NCBI GenBank assembly: GCA_016193315.1
Contig: JACPSJ010000001.1
Coordinates: 155,981 to 219,980, forward strand
DNA: 64,000 nt
Origin: Candidatus Kerfeldbacteria bacterium
GTDB lineage: Bacteria; Patescibacteriota; Patescibacteriia; SBBC01; CAIJZX01
Direction: 5' to 3'
The notes under the pieces were generated by a model. The model searched no databases, had not been told where the DNA came from, and saw only the letters and a list, made by a program, of their open reading frames with translations. Numbering within the stretch: position 1 is the first letter of the stretch; every line of letters starts with the position of its first letter. Positions 1-9,684 of this stretch are shown piece after piece. Position numbers and translations under genes: made by a program.

Positions 1-159
1 CCGTACGTTGCAACTCGGCCGCGCGGCACACGGCGAACCATGTTGTAGATCCGAAAATAGAGGTTTTGCCCACGTCCCATGCTGCCATTGTACCGGATAT
101 GACCGAATACCAAAACCGCCGTCTCAAGTCTGGACGGCGGCTTGGGCTCTCTGGCTCCC

Positions 160-1320
160 TCAAGGTGCAGTCAGATCGAATAGACTCTGTATCCGCATAT
201 TCGTATTGCTGATGATCGATTCTGGAGGTTGCGGCCGCTGCGGCCTGGGAATTGGCAATGGCCGTGGGCGATGGATTGATGGCGGGGTGATATTGACGTT
301 CGGACGGGGAGAGGCATTGGCGTTCAACTTGACGGAGATGTTGATATTGAGTGCCTGCCGCACCCGAACGAGCAGTTTCGCCTCTTGGGCCAGCATGTGC
401 GCCCGCTGGAAGAGACGGAAGGCTTCAGCGAACTCATCCGCTTCCAGCTTGGCCTGGCCCTCAGCCACCAGATCTTTCGCCGACTCAAGTTTTACTTTGG
501 CCTCGGCCACTACCTCGGTCCCCAGACGGTCTTCCCACTTGGCGATAAACTTTTCCACTTCGGCTATTTTGTGGTTGGCGGCCTTCAGCCGGCGAGTGGC
601 CGCCGCCTCAAGGTTGGGGCGAGCCGAGGCCACCGCGGCTTCGTGCTTGATCCGTACTTCGGCCGCCGCCGCGGCCGCCGATTCGACGGTGGTGACGATG
701 CTAATGCTAGCCGTTCCACCTTGCTCGGCCGCGCTGGTGGCGGTCGCGGACAGGCGAGTCAGAATGCTTTGGTGGGCATGGAGGGTAGCTTCGAGGTTCG
801 AACTTAGGCGAGCTGCTTGTTCATGTCCATCGGCGGCCATTCGGTCGATCAGTGCACGGATCTTCATCTCACCGTGTTTGAAACTCGCTTCAATGGCCGC
901 TTGGGCCGTGGCATCTAATCTGCCGCTGGCTGCCAGCGCCTCCGCTTCCTCCAGTCGGCGCTCCAAGCGGCGCATGTCCCAGTTCGCCCGTGCCTCCGAG
1001 GAGAAACTGAACGCCGCCCGAACTTCTTCGTTGACACCAACTTTCCATTGGTAGAGCGGATCGCCCGGCCGAGCGCTTTCGGCGGCCGCGGCCACGCCGC
1101 TGCTAACCACCACGGCGGCGGCGATGATGACACTGAGGATGGGCATCAGCTGAAGACGATGAGGGATAAGAATAGTTTTCCAGCGTCGCCACCCATGACG
1201 GTCGATCGACTCACCTCTTACCAGGCGTTCAAGTTTGTGCCGCAGCGACGCCGACTCCGCATCGGTCAGCCGGACGGATTGTAGACGCCGCAGGAATTGT
1301 GACCAGTTCTTAGATTCCAT
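160..1320 (-). CDS. Membrane-anchored anti-sigma-factor-like protein (single N-terminal TM helix, long Ala/Glu-rich coiled-coil periplasmic domain, Pro-rich C-terminus); 4-bp overlap with upstream ECF sigma gene
   Basis: 386-aa ORF; TM segment ILSVIIAAAVVVSSGVAAAA; coiled-coil low-complexity; translationally coupled downstream of the sigma factor gene on same strand. Confidence 0.5.
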   Translation of the reverse strand: MESKNWSQFLRRLQSVRLTDAESASLRHKLERLVRGESIDRHGWRRWKTILIPHRLQLMPILSVIIAAAVVVSSGVAAAAESARPGDPLYQWKVGVNEEVRAAFSFSSEARANWDMRRLERRLEEAEALAASGRLDATAQAAIEASFKHGEMKIRALIDRMAADGHEQAARLSSNLEATLHAHQSILTRLSATATSAAEQGGTASISIVTTVESAAAAAAEVRIKHEAAVASARPNLEAAATRRLKAANHKIAEVEKFIAKWEDRLGTEVVAEAKVKLESAKDLVAEGQAKLEADEFAEAFRLFQRAHMLAQEAKLLVRVRQALNINISVKLNANASPRPNVNITPPSIHRPRPLPIPRPQRPQPPESIISNTNMRIQSLFDLTAP

Positions 1321-1804
1321 AGGCCAGCGTTTGTTTTAACTGCCGGATGGCTCGATGCAGTCGAACGGAGATAACATTTGGCGATTCGCCGAGTATCTCA
1401 GCGATCTCACGGGGTTCGAGGCCGTTGACATAACGCATCACAAAGACTTCGCGGTAATCAGGGTTGAGATCCTTAACGATCCGGAGCACCGCATCGGCGT
1501 CAAGTTTCGTTTCCGTCACTTCCGCCCCCGGTCCAGCCGGCTCAAATCCCTCGGCTTGAAGCTGATCAAGCGACAGCGCCCGCTTTTTGCGGGATTCGTC
1601 GATCAGTAAGTTGTTGGCCACCCGGTAGAGAAAAGCTTTCATGTTGAGAATCTTTTGGCCACGCTGCATGTATTCCCAGGCCCGGAGATAGGTTTCCTGG
1701 ACTAAGTCTTTCGCTCGCTCGCGATCGAAAACCCGGTAGTAGCAATGCCGAAAAAGGGCGTCGGCGAGTTGATCATAGAGCTGAAGGAATTCATCGGCCG
1801 ACAT
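1310..1804 (-). CDS. RNA polymerase ECF-type sigma-70 factor
   Basis: 164 aa; sigma70 region 2 (LVQETYLRAWEY) and region 4 HTH (REVFVMRYVNGLEPREIAEILGESPNVISVRLHRAIRQL). Confidence 0.85.
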   Translation of the reverse strand: MSADEFLQLYDQLADALFRHCYYRVFDRERAKDLVQETYLRAWEYMQRGQKILNMKAFLYRVANNLLIDESRKKRALSLDQLQAEGFEPAGPGAEVTETKLDADAVLRIVKDLNPDYREVFVMRYVNGLEPREIAEILGESPNVISVRLHRAIRQLKQTLAYGI

Positions 1805-1843
1805 GGGGCTAGTATTACTTATGACGAGACGATCGCATTGTTC

Positions 1844-2587
1844 TTACACCAACCTGGGTAGCCACCCGGCTTTTATCATCGTCTCCCGCTGCAATCCAAA
1901 CCATTCCCGGTAGCCGATCCCGTTCGGGTGGAACCGGTCGGCCGAGTAATAGTGGGCGGGATTCTTTAACCAGCGGTCTTCTCCGCGCTCGACAAAGGGA
2001 TCGATGTACATCACGCCATGTCGATCGGTGGCCGCCCGGAAAATTTCCCGCAGGCGGCGTGAGCGGCGGGTGAACAAACGACTGAAGAATGGTGGAAAGA
2101 GCGGCGCATTGCCGATGTTACCCTGACTCATGAGCAAAACATGTGTACCAATTCGTCTGGCTAGGGTCAACACCGAGTCAATCGCGGCCGGGAGTTCTTG
2201 GTCACTGGTGAATTGAACTACATCATTGCCACCCACCAGGATGATGATCACGTCAAAGTGTTGATCAGTGACGCGACGCAGTTGTTTGACTACCGTTGCC
2301 GTGCGCGTCCCGTTTTGACCGCCGTTGACGATCCTGGCGTCCGGGTAGGCCTGACCGAAATACCCAACCACAGTCTGGTCCGGCCGGTCAGCGCCGGTGC
2401 CGACGACGGTACTGTCGCCCACGAAGAGTAGGCGTGGTCGGCCGGGACTGACTGGTCGCTGAAAAGCGACCGCCAAAGCTGGGGCCGGCCGGCCAATGCC
2501 GATCTGCTTGATGGTCTCGCGGATAACCAGAAACAGCTGCCCCCGCAGGAGTAGCAGAAAACCAATCAACGGGAGCGGAATCTGCAT
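1844..2587 (-). CDS. SGNH/GDSL family hydrolase (lipase/acylhydrolase-like)
   Basis: GDS motif in LLFVGDSTVVG near N-terminus, GGND block (ILVGGNDVV), size 247 aa, N-terminal hydrophobic segment. Confidence 0.7.
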   Translation of the reverse strand: MQIPLPLIGFLLLLRGQLFLVIRETIKQIGIGRPAPALAVAFQRPVSPGRPRLLFVGDSTVVGTGADRPDQTVVGYFGQAYPDARIVNGGQNGTRTATVVKQLRRVTDQHFDVIIILVGGNDVVQFTSDQELPAAIDSVLTLARRIGTHVLLMSQGNIGNAPLFPPFFSRLFTRRSRRLREIFRAATDRHGVMYIDPFVERGEDRWLKNPAHYYSADRFHPNGIGYREWFGLQRETMIKAGWLPRLV

Positions 2588-2598
2588 TGGGTAATGGT

Positions 2599-3144
2599 CT
2601 AGGCTTGGTCGAGTCGGGCGTGCCAGTAGAGCCCGATGATCGGCCTGACCGGTTTACCACGCCTGGTACCAAAGGTCCAGTGGTGAAGAGTTGGCACGCC
2701 GGTCGAACTGCGGTTGCTAATGGCGCGGCCGCGGCCGAGGTAGAAACCGAGATGCTGGTGCTCTTCGCCATCGGCGAACTTCTGCGATGCCCAGCGAATG
2801 ACCCACCCCGGCCGCGGCCGCGCACCACCCCTCGGCCTTCGGCCGTTTCCCCTCCTCAATCCCCGCTGGCGCGGGGAGGAGGGGAGATGACGCCAACCGG
2901 AGCGCTTCATGTCGGCGACGGTGCCGGCCACGGTCAGATGGACACCACGGAGAAGATTAAAAAGACGGAGGATGCTGGAGACGTAAAAGGCGCACGATAG
3001 CTCACCGCGCCGGACGAGATTCTGCCGCCGGTCGTCAGCCAGGCCGTACGCCGAGCGCCAGATCTTGGACCCAGCGCTGTTCTTCAGTACCGCCAGATAG
3101 GTGTCAGCGGTCAGGAGCCTTATTGCTGCCTGTTTCTTTGTCAT
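2599..3144 (-). CDS. Hypothetical protein (C-terminal half translates a GC-rich Arg/Gly/Pro low-complexity stretch; may be shorter or spurious)
   Basis: ORF only; overlaps cutA start by ~40 bp; reads through a large GC hairpin at 2830-2890. Confidence 0.2.
   Translation of the reverse strand: MTKKQAAIRLLTADTYLAVLKNSAGSKIWRSAYGLADDRRQNLVRRGELSCAFYVSSILRLFNLLRGVHLTVAGTVADMKRSGWRHLPSSPRQRGLRRGNGRRPRGGARPRPGWVIRWASQKFADGEEHQHLGFYLGRGRAISNRSSTGVPTLHHWTFGTRRGKPVRPIIGLYWHARLDQA
2820..2895. other. Long GC hairpin (CCCCTCCTC...GAGGAGGGG with 17-nt loop)
   Basis: Perfect 9-bp inverted repeat read directly. Confidence 0.4.
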
Positions 3145-3478
3145 GGCCGTGTTCTCGCAATTCATGGCGTAGCCAATTGGCGTAGGCCCTCGATAGATGC
3201 CCGACCCGGACTGAGCCGAAAAACGGCACTTGGTCGGAGTGGAGTTGTTTGACCACCCGCTCGATGGCGCGAACTCGGGTGGGCGTGGTGGTCAGGACTA
3301 AGGTCGTACCCTGGCCTCGCTCCAGCTGACCGGATCGCGGCGGCCAGAAATAGCCGCTGGCTTGGCGCAGCCAGACGTCGAAGCAAGCGGCCAAACGCTT
3401 GGCGACCACCGCTTCGCCGATGGTTTGTGCCTCCGCCAATGACTTACAGTTGACGATCACCCAGATGGCAGTTTTCAT
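3104..3478 (-). CDS. cutA: Divalent-cation tolerance protein CutA
   Basis: 124 aa; CutA1 family pattern (RLAACFDVW... VLTTTPTRVRAIERVVKQLHSDQVPFF). Confidence 0.8.
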   Translation of the reverse strand: MKTAIWVIVNCKSLAEAQTIGEAVVAKRLAACFDVWLRQASGYFWPPRSGQLERGQGTTLVLTTTPTRVRAIERVVKQLHSDQVPFFGSVRVGHLSRAYANWLRHELREHGHDKETGSNKAPDR

Positions 3479-3796
3479 GTCGCTAGTATAGCAGACTCAG
3501 CCGGATGCTGGCGGGACGCCAGGCATGGTATGCTTTCAACTAGCGGACGTGACGATGAGTCCTGACCACCCTCAACTCCCAGCACACACGACTCGTTTCG
3601 ACGATCAAGCCGGACCGGTGTGGCAGTTTTTTCTCCACTACTACGAAGGGATTATCGTCGGCCTCGGCTTGGTTCTGTTCGGCATTCTGTGGTGGCGCCA
3701 ACGGCGCCGGCAGCCACGTCACAGTCAAAACTGAACAACCCCGCCGGCCGGCGGGGTTGTGCTTTATACCAAAACGTTGGTACGTACCTCTGAGAC

Positions 3797-4210
3797 TTAC
3801 ATCTGGCCACCCGGTTGGCCACCCATTGGGCCGCCCATTGAACCACCTGATGGCGGCATGTTTGGCATGGTTGGCGCGGCGGGCGCTGACTTCATGCCTC
3901 CTTTGGCGCCGGCCCAGACGATCAAGCCGAGGATACCGAGCACGGCGTGGACGATGGTGATCCAGATCGGCAAGTTGATGATGCCGAACAGGTCTTTGGT
4001 AAACAAGCCGACGACGGCCAGCAGGACGCCGACGATACCAACCCACATGGTGTATCCTTTATGCATTTTCGGCAGGGCCACACCCAAGAAGCCGGCGACA
4101 ATGTGGAAAACGGCGTGGGCGGGCAAGAGTTTGATCGACTCGAAGAAGAAGTTGAGAATCCCAACAACGATCAGGACCCACCCGACGATCATAGCAAATT
4201 GTTTGGTCAC
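3797..4210 (-). CDS. Small multi-pass membrane protein (DUF4383-like) with Gly/Pro/Met-rich C-terminal tail
   Basis: 137 aa, 3-4 predicted TM helices, GGxMGG repeats at C-terminus. Confidence 0.45.
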   Translation of the reverse strand: MTKQFAMIVGWVLIVVGILNFFFESIKLLPAHAVFHIVAGFLGVALPKMHKGYTMWVGIVGVLLAVVGLFTKDLFGIINLPIWITIVHAVLGILGLIVWAGAKGGMKSAPAAPTMPNMPPSGGSMGGPMGGQPGGQM

Positions 4211-4666
4211 ACTCTCACCCCCTTTCGGTCAGTCATAAACGATTTCCACAGGTAGTATAGCATACCTGTTTAATGTTGCTTGACTGAGCGAAATCGGTAA
4301 CCTGACCAGCGGTACAAACGGTCGGTCAGGCGGGTGAATGGGATGGCTAGACCGATGATGGCGGCCAGAAAGAGGACCAACCCCCACGGCCAAACTAGAA
4401 CCAAAGGCTGGCGCCATGGCCACGAACCGATAGCATAGCGGACGAGGACGAGTTGAGTGCACGGTGCGTTGAGTGTTTTTTTGGTATATCACGATGCGAA
4501 GCGTTACTTCTATTCTATGTTGAACTGTGACCCCGAAGCAAATGCGATCTTGCTCGGTCCGACCGCCCGTGATACTGTAGCTCCGCTAGTGTCCCGGCTC
4601 CCCGTTGAAACGACTCGCACCGCTCGTCGTTCACGGGGCAAGCAGCAGATAGTCTGGCACCAAATC

Positions 4667-4739
4667 GCGCCCGTAGCTCAGTGGATAGAGTACATGGCTT
4701 CGGACCATGGGGTCGCAGGTTCGAATCCTGCCGGGCGCG
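4667..4739 (+). tRNA. tRNA-Arg (anticodon TCG)
   Basis: Cloverleaf read by hand: acceptor GCGCCCG/CGGGCGC, D-arm GCTCAGTGGATAGAGT, anticodon loop CTTCGGA, T-arm GCAGG-TTCGAAT-CCTGC. Confidence 0.8.
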
Positions 4740-5380
4740 GTTTGGCGCTAGCTTCGGACCAGAAGGGTCGCGGCCGGTTGCGAAGCAAAGAAGATGAACT
4801 GCTTCATCTTCGTCCGGCCGCGACGGGTGACGCCATGCTTCGAAGGAGCAGGCGGCACCCAGGAACGGGGTTCGAATCCCTCAGGGCGCACCATTGAAAA
4901 TACGTCCCGCGAAGGCGGGACCTTCATTCGGTTGCGACCGAGGGATGAGAAGGGCAGGAGTGAGGCCGAGCAGAGCGACGGCCGAACGTCCGCCGAGCTG
5001 CCAGTGGCAGGTCGGCGCTGACCAGGGTCGAATCCCTCAGGGCGCGCCCGCGCCCGTTTGGATTCGAAGGGGTCGAGACTACAAGCGAAGCCAACTGCTT
5101 GGCTTCGCTCGCGACCGCCGAGACGGGCGAGCCGATGTTCCGAAGGAACAGCGAGACCCAGGCTCGAGCACCCCTGGTCCCGGATCAAGTCTGGGATGGC
5201 GGGAGAGCGCAAGCCCCGGCCTCGAAGAGGCGAATCCCTCAGGGCGCGATTCGACAAATAATTTGCTTTTGGCCCGGTCCGGACGCAGGCCGCGTCCCAT
5301 AAATCAGCCCCGGCTTTCGCCCGGGGTAAACTCCGCGAATTTTGCGGGATTCGAATCCTGCCGAGCGCTGGGACTTGTCT
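4740..5380 (+). repeat. Four tandem ~150-200-nt highly structured tRNA-like repeats; three end in the identical 3' element GAATCCCTCAGGGCGC (one followed by ACCA) and a fourth in GGGATTCGAATCCTGCCGAGCGC; contain nested GC hairpins including loops AACTGCTT
   Basis: Direct reading: repeated T-arm/acceptor-like 3' ends at ~4871-4893, 5027-5050, 5228-5250, 5347-5372; no matching 5' acceptor strands found, so not canonical tRNAs; track ORFs here are spurious. Confidence 0.45.
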
Positions 5381-5869
5381 TTTCCCATGATTTGTGTATA
5401 CTCATGGTGTGCGGTTGTTGATCGGTTGGTCGTCGACTGCATCCGCAACAAAAGGCGTCAAAACAAAACGGAGGACTCTATGTCCGAACACGCGCTGGAA
5501 GTACTGCCGAGCGGCGAAGGAGAGCCGTCGGAGTTTGCGCGCTCGGGCGGCGAGATCCTCGAGCGCGACGATGCCGGCCGCCCGCGACGGTGGCTTTGTG
5601 GCTTTGACAAGGAGGGGCACAAGATCGACCCGCCCGATCTCAACGGCTCACCCGTTCTCCATGAGCTTGATGCTCGAGGAAGATGGGAGGGGCGTCGTTC
5701 CGGACGCGGAGGATTTGGCCGAATATGACACCTGGCCTCACCACTAGCCCCGACTCGACGGAGCCGCGGCTTCGAAACGTCGACCACGAGACTGGGCCCC
5801 TGGCCGCAGTCTCTTTTTTTGAGTGGACGATTCTAGTACAGTTGCCAGAGGCACCGCTTTTTGCTTCAA

Positions 5870-6035
5870 TGCAGGCATCGGGGTGTGGCCTAGCGGTAAG
5901 GCGTCCCGCACCGAATCGGGGATTAGCGCCCCGTAAAATGCCGTCTCTCGGCAAGCTCGAGACGGAATCACGGGGCAAGCAGTTGGAAGCCCGCCTGCTT
6001 CTTGCCCGTCACAACACCATCAAGAGTTTCCCGCA
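5870..6035 (+). ncRNA. tRNA-like element: canonical-looking 5' half (acceptor, D-arm GGCC-TAGCGGTAA-GGC, anticodon-like loop CACCGAA) followed by ~100 nt of extra hairpins instead of a normal T-arm/acceptor; possible pseudo-tRNA or interrupted tRNA
   Basis: Hand folding; contains CAAGCAGTTGG hairpin shared with other repeats in window. Confidence 0.25.
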
Positions 6036-6039
6036 GAGT

Positions 6040-6112
6040 CGGGGCGTGGCGCAGCTGGTAGCGCGCGTGGTTTGGGACCACGAGGTCGCGAGTTCAAATC
6101 TCGCCGCCCCGA
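6040..6112 (+). tRNA. tRNA-Pro (anticodon TGG)
   Basis: Acceptor CGGGGCG/CGCCCCG, D-arm GCGCAGCTGGTAGCGC, anticodon loop TTTGGGA, T-arm GCGAG-TTCAAAT-CTCGC; flanked by a 10-bp extension of the acceptor helix (CCGCAGAGTC/GACTCTGCGG). Confidence 0.8.
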
Positions 6113-6300
6113 CTCTGCGGACAATACGCGATGGGAGCGGGAGGGTCGAGGCCGCGAGCGAAGCGTCAGCGACAGAACTGCTTCTGTCGCGGCGGCTGAG
6201 ACGGGCGTCGCCCTGCTACGCAAGAGCGGCGGCGCTCCGGACGCGGTTCGAGTCTCGGTACCCCGACCATTCGAAACACAATCTAAAAAACACAGACCTC
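6113..6300 (+). repeat. Structured repeat downstream of tRNA-Pro (CAGAACTGCTTCTG hairpin; homologous in inverted orientation to part of 34080-34150)
   Basis: Sequence similarity read by eye between 6160-6225 and reverse complement of 34080-34150. Confidence 0.4.
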
Positions 6301-6377
6301 GGCCCGATGAATATTGGTCGGGCCTGAGTTCGAACCAAGCGGATCCGTCTCAACACCATTGTTGAACCATCGGTCTT

Positions 6378-7214
6378 ATGGGATACGAAATCAAATTGGA
6401 TAACGTTTTAAGTACAGCACGCGTTGGTATAAACCGTGCGTGGGTGTTTATGGGCCTCGGTGTCAATGCTGCTTCGATTGAGACCCTTACCCCAAACGTT
6501 ACGGGCGCTTCTTACCTTAAGCTTCTCCCGGACGAAATCTCCGCAGACAGTCTGCGAGAATTTAAAACTGAGTTCAGGACATGGGTCGTTGTCAAGGGTT
6601 TAGAGGAACTAATCGAAGTGTTTGGCGTTTTTCTTGAACAGCTATATTCTATGGTGCTGTTCGTTGATGCCTGGAAAAGTAAGGGGCAAGTTGACCAAAA
6701 ACAAATAAGCCAATTTACCGAAATGGGTATTAGGGAAAAACTGAATATCCTTAATCGAAATTTTGGCATTGGCACAGCGTTTAACGATGACATCGTGTCT
6801 GTAAATCAAGCGAGACACTGTCTTACCCATAGGCTGGGTATCGTCGCAACTCGAGACCTGAATACGTCCTCAGGCTTGAAAGTTCAGTGGCGCACACTTC
6901 AGCTCTACGGACACAATGAGGATGGCTCTGAGTTTGTCCCTGACATGGAACGATTTGAACCGGAAGGATTAAAAAAAGAACCAGTAGTGTTTCCAAGGGG
7001 CTCCCCTGCAAAGATGAGGAACGACCCACGTTCCAAAGTATTTCCGATCGGATCACGAGTAGTGCTGGAACCTCGCGATCTAAAAGAAATTTGTTTGTGG
7101 TTCTCTCTATTGCTGAATGAATTGAATGAGAGCGTAATTAAATATTGCGAGAAATCGGGTGTTCATGTTACGCGGCTTGCTGGACAAACTCCCGGAGCGA
7201 CTTCGAAGAGTTAA
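6378..7214 (+). CDS. Hypothetical protein with HEPN-like Rx4H motif (ARHCLTHR); possible Abi/HEPN-type defence or RNA-targeting protein; lies in a low-GC island next to tRNA-Pro
   Basis: 278 aa ORF in AT-richer segment (6.3-7.6 kb); R-HCLT-H motif; no other recognisable domain. Confidence 0.4.
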   Translation: MGYEIKLDNVLSTARVGINRAWVFMGLGVNAASIETLTPNVTGASYLKLLPDEISADSLREFKTEFRTWVVVKGLEELIEVFGVFLEQLYSMVLFVDAWKSKGQVDQKQISQFTEMGIREKLNILNRNFGIGTAFNDDIVSVNQARHCLTHRLGIVATRDLNTSSGLKVQWRTLQLYGHNEDGSEFVPDMERFEPEGLKKEPVVFPRGSPAKMRNDPRSKVFPIGSRVVLEPRDLKEICLWFSLLLNELNESVIKYCEKSGVHVTRLAGQTPGATSKS

Positions 7215-7575
7215 TGGAACAGATAAGGCGGAAGAGTGGGTGTCCGTCGCTAAGAATCATTGTTCTAACATCATCCACCAACCCCGACCAAGTTAGACAT
7301 TGAGAATTTTCGGAAGAAGGTACGCGCTCGCTTCGCTCGCGCGCTGGGGGGATTTTATTCTGATTTTCCGCCACAATTCGCCATTCGCCAGACCAATCCC
7401 AGCCGACTTTTTTGGCAAGCAGGCGGCGGTTCGTTCCAATTTTTTCCACCAACGATTTTATTTCATCAAAATCGATGGACGAAGCCAGTTTTTCGGCGTG
7501 GTGAGCGGTTAAAATCCATTCGCGCAAAGATTCGATCCAATTGTTTCCCTTTCGCCCAAAATCTGTCTTTTCCAA
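7168..7575 (-). CDS. Hypothetical protein (low-GC island)
   Basis: 135 aa ORF, overlaps 3' end of previous gene by ~45 bp. Confidence 0.3.
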   Translation of the reverse strand: MEKTDFGRKGNNWIESLREWILTAHHAEKLASSIDFDEIKSLVEKIGTNRRLLAKKVGWDWSGEWRIVAENQNKIPPARERSERVPSSENSQCLTWSGLVDDVRTMILSDGHPLFRLICSINSSKSLREFVQQAA

Positions 7576-7657
7576 TTGAGGTCGTGTGAACCACTATATG
7601 TCTGGGTACGTTACGTTTTCGACTGATTCCTTTGTCAAAATATGGTACACTACACAA

Positions 7658-9274
7658 ATGATAAAAACCAAGCAAAAGACTGTTCTACACATCCTCGCCC
7701 CCACAGCGGTCATCGCACTGGGTTTCTCGCTGCTCGGCGTCAGTGCTTTTGTTTTTTGGAATAGCGTTCGGCGGCCTACGACCACCATTAATAGAAATGT
7801 AACTTCCGCACCCACGCTGACGACGGACGTTGATACGACGCCGCCGACAGTTTTTTTTGTAAGCCCAACCAACGGACAGACCGTTTCGGGTTTGGCGGAC
7901 ATTACGGCGAACGCCAGCGACAATTCCGGGATTCTCAAGGTTGATTTTTTCCTTGATGAAACAAAGCTGCTCGGCACGGTCACACCAATAGCCCGAGGAA
8001 TCTGGTTATCGCCCGATGAGATCATGGCGTTGCCGATCACAAGTCAGCTTGGTTGTGAGACCGGCACACCGTGCGCCGCGGCGTGGACCGCCATGCGGAG
8101 CGAAGCGGAGAGGCTGGTTCCAGGCAACGCTGATATTTCCGATCAGGATTCCTATCATGATGTCCAGACCATGGCCGCGGCCTTGGTTTGCGTTCGAACT
8201 GGTGAATTCTGTGCCCCAGCCCGACAGGCCGTACTGGCGGCAATCGGTACCGAGGAAAGAACCTTAACGACGCCGACTGAACCCCCGGGAAATCAGTGGT
8301 TGGCAGTGGGCAGAAACCTCGGCGCCTACGTCATTGCCGCGGACCTGCTCGATTTGCGGGCAAGCGCTAGCCCCGAGGGCCGACAGGTCCAAGACTGGAT
8401 CCAAAGTTTCATCGGCCGCGTGGCGAGTTTAGGCGCCTCCTTCGGCGCCTTTCAAAGCGGTTCAAACGCCTCGGCCCAAGAGGGCTTTGTCTATGCCGCC
8501 GTCGCCGCTTTCTTGCATGACGCCGATGAGCTGGCATACGTTTGGAATCGATTTCAATTTTTTACCGGCGCCAGCAACGAGGGAACAGATGACATTGATC
8601 TCAACAAGGGCCTTGAGTATGGCTGGGCTCACAACGACGATCCCAACCTGGCGCTTCCGATTAATCCAATTGGTTCGACCAAGGTCGTTCCATCGGGATA
8701 TCCGGGCGCGGGCACGACGCATCGAGTTGACGGCGCCGTGATCAATGATCAGCGGAGAGGCGCTCAGTACCAGTGGCCACCCGTCTATACGCATTACCCC
8801 TGGGTCGGCCTGGAAGGGTCGATTCCGGCGGCGCTGATTCTTGAGCGCGCTGGGTATCGCTCGTTTGCCTCGGCCGATCAGGCTTTGTTCCGCGCGGTCG
8901 ATTACCAATGGTGGTTGGGTCAGGAATTGGGTCAAAGCCCGGCTTGCACTTTTGACTGTTGGTGGGATTACAACCGGGCCCTGGATATTAAGCACCTGGC
9001 CAACTGGCGGTACGGCACTGACCATCCGCACCTGACACCAGTGGCCGGCGGCCGAACAGTCGGTTTTACGGACTGGACGCATCCCACGTTGCTCGACATA
9101 GTCGCGATCGTTCCATACAGCATGACCTGGGATTTAACCCAACTAGTGAGCCTGGGTAATCACGTCTTGAGCGCCAAGTCCTGGGATACATCCGGTAATC
9201 TAGCGACCGCAGAGATTACAGTCTCTGTCTCCGACGATGGCGGCGGTGGCGGTATAAGAAAAATCCCAGAGTAA
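7658..9274 (+). CDS. Secreted/membrane-anchored protein with N- and C-terminal Ig-like (Big) domains and a central polysaccharide-lyase-like (alginate lyase/heparinase-like) region
   Basis: Start moved to ATG 7658 (MIKTKQK..); signal-anchor helix; Ig-like strands TPPTVFFVSPTNGQTVSG.. and SWDTSGNLATAEITVSVSDDGGGGG. Confidence 0.45.
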   Translation: MIKTKQKTVLHILAPTAVIALGFSLLGVSAFVFWNSVRRPTTTINRNVTSAPTLTTDVDTTPPTVFFVSPTNGQTVSGLADITANASDNSGILKVDFFLDETKLLGTVTPIARGIWLSPDEIMALPITSQLGCETGTPCAAAWTAMRSEAERLVPGNADISDQDSYHDVQTMAAALVCVRTGEFCAPARQAVLAAIGTEERTLTTPTEPPGNQWLAVGRNLGAYVIAADLLDLRASASPEGRQVQDWIQSFIGRVASLGASFGAFQSGSNASAQEGFVYAAVAAFLHDADELAYVWNRFQFFTGASNEGTDDIDLNKGLEYGWAHNDDPNLALPINPIGSTKVVPSGYPGAGTTHRVDGAVINDQRRGAQYQWPPVYTHYPWVGLEGSIPAALILERAGYRSFASADQALFRAVDYQWWLGQELGQSPACTFDCWWDYNRALDIKHLANWRYGTDHPHLTPVAGGRTVGFTDWTHPTLLDIVAIVPYSMTWDLTQLVSLGNHVLSAKSWDTSGNLATAEITVSVSDDGGGGGIRKIPE

Positions 9275-9684
9275 GGCTGCCGAAAAAAAGCGGCGACGGG
9301 CGGCCCTCGGTAAACTCGGGACAGGCAGGCGGGCGGAATTTTTACCCCGCACCCGAAGTGGTGCGGCGGCCCCCTTGAACCCCCTTCCGCCCGCCCGCCA
9401 GAAGGCTAAAAATTCGCCCTCTCCGGCAGAGCCGGATCCGGCTTCGCCGGAAAAAAAGGTTCGCGCAGCGTTCAGCAAATTCGACCACATAAAACAAAGT
9501 TTCGAAGATAAGCTCTCCAGCTCTCCGGGGATTGATGGGTAGTGAGTTCAAACCAAACCGCAAGACTTCCTTATCATCGCATGAACCGACACCCCATCGG
9601 GCTTTGGGGTACGAGGGCACAGCCGGTTTTTAGTTATTTTGATATATTGACAAAATTGATTTTCTTCGATATATATACGGTGAT

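Noticed and set aside
8-1054. 348-aa plus-strand ORF from track
   Set aside because: Overlaps completely with the minus-strand anti-sigma-like gene that is translationally coupled to the ECF sigma gene. Low-complexity Ala/Arg/Ser translation typical of an antisense shadow ORF in GC-rich DNA.
4740-5260. tmRNA (ssrA), possibly permuted
   Set aside because: A T-arm plus ACCA-ending element (4871-4896) and a TTTGGATTCGAAGGGG segment (5058-5075) superficially resemble tmRNA 3' and 5' ends. However, the element recurs three times with identical 3' ends, no tag-peptide reading frame ending in ALAA-like codons was found, and acceptor strands do not pair. Left as unresolved tRNA-like repeats.
4748-5978. 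Multiple 60-200-aa ORFs over the tRNA/repeat region (both strands)
   Set aside because: They span tRNA genes and tRNA-like hairpin repeats, have no RBS or coherent frames, and have Arg/Pro/Gly-rich composition. Interpreted as non-coding.
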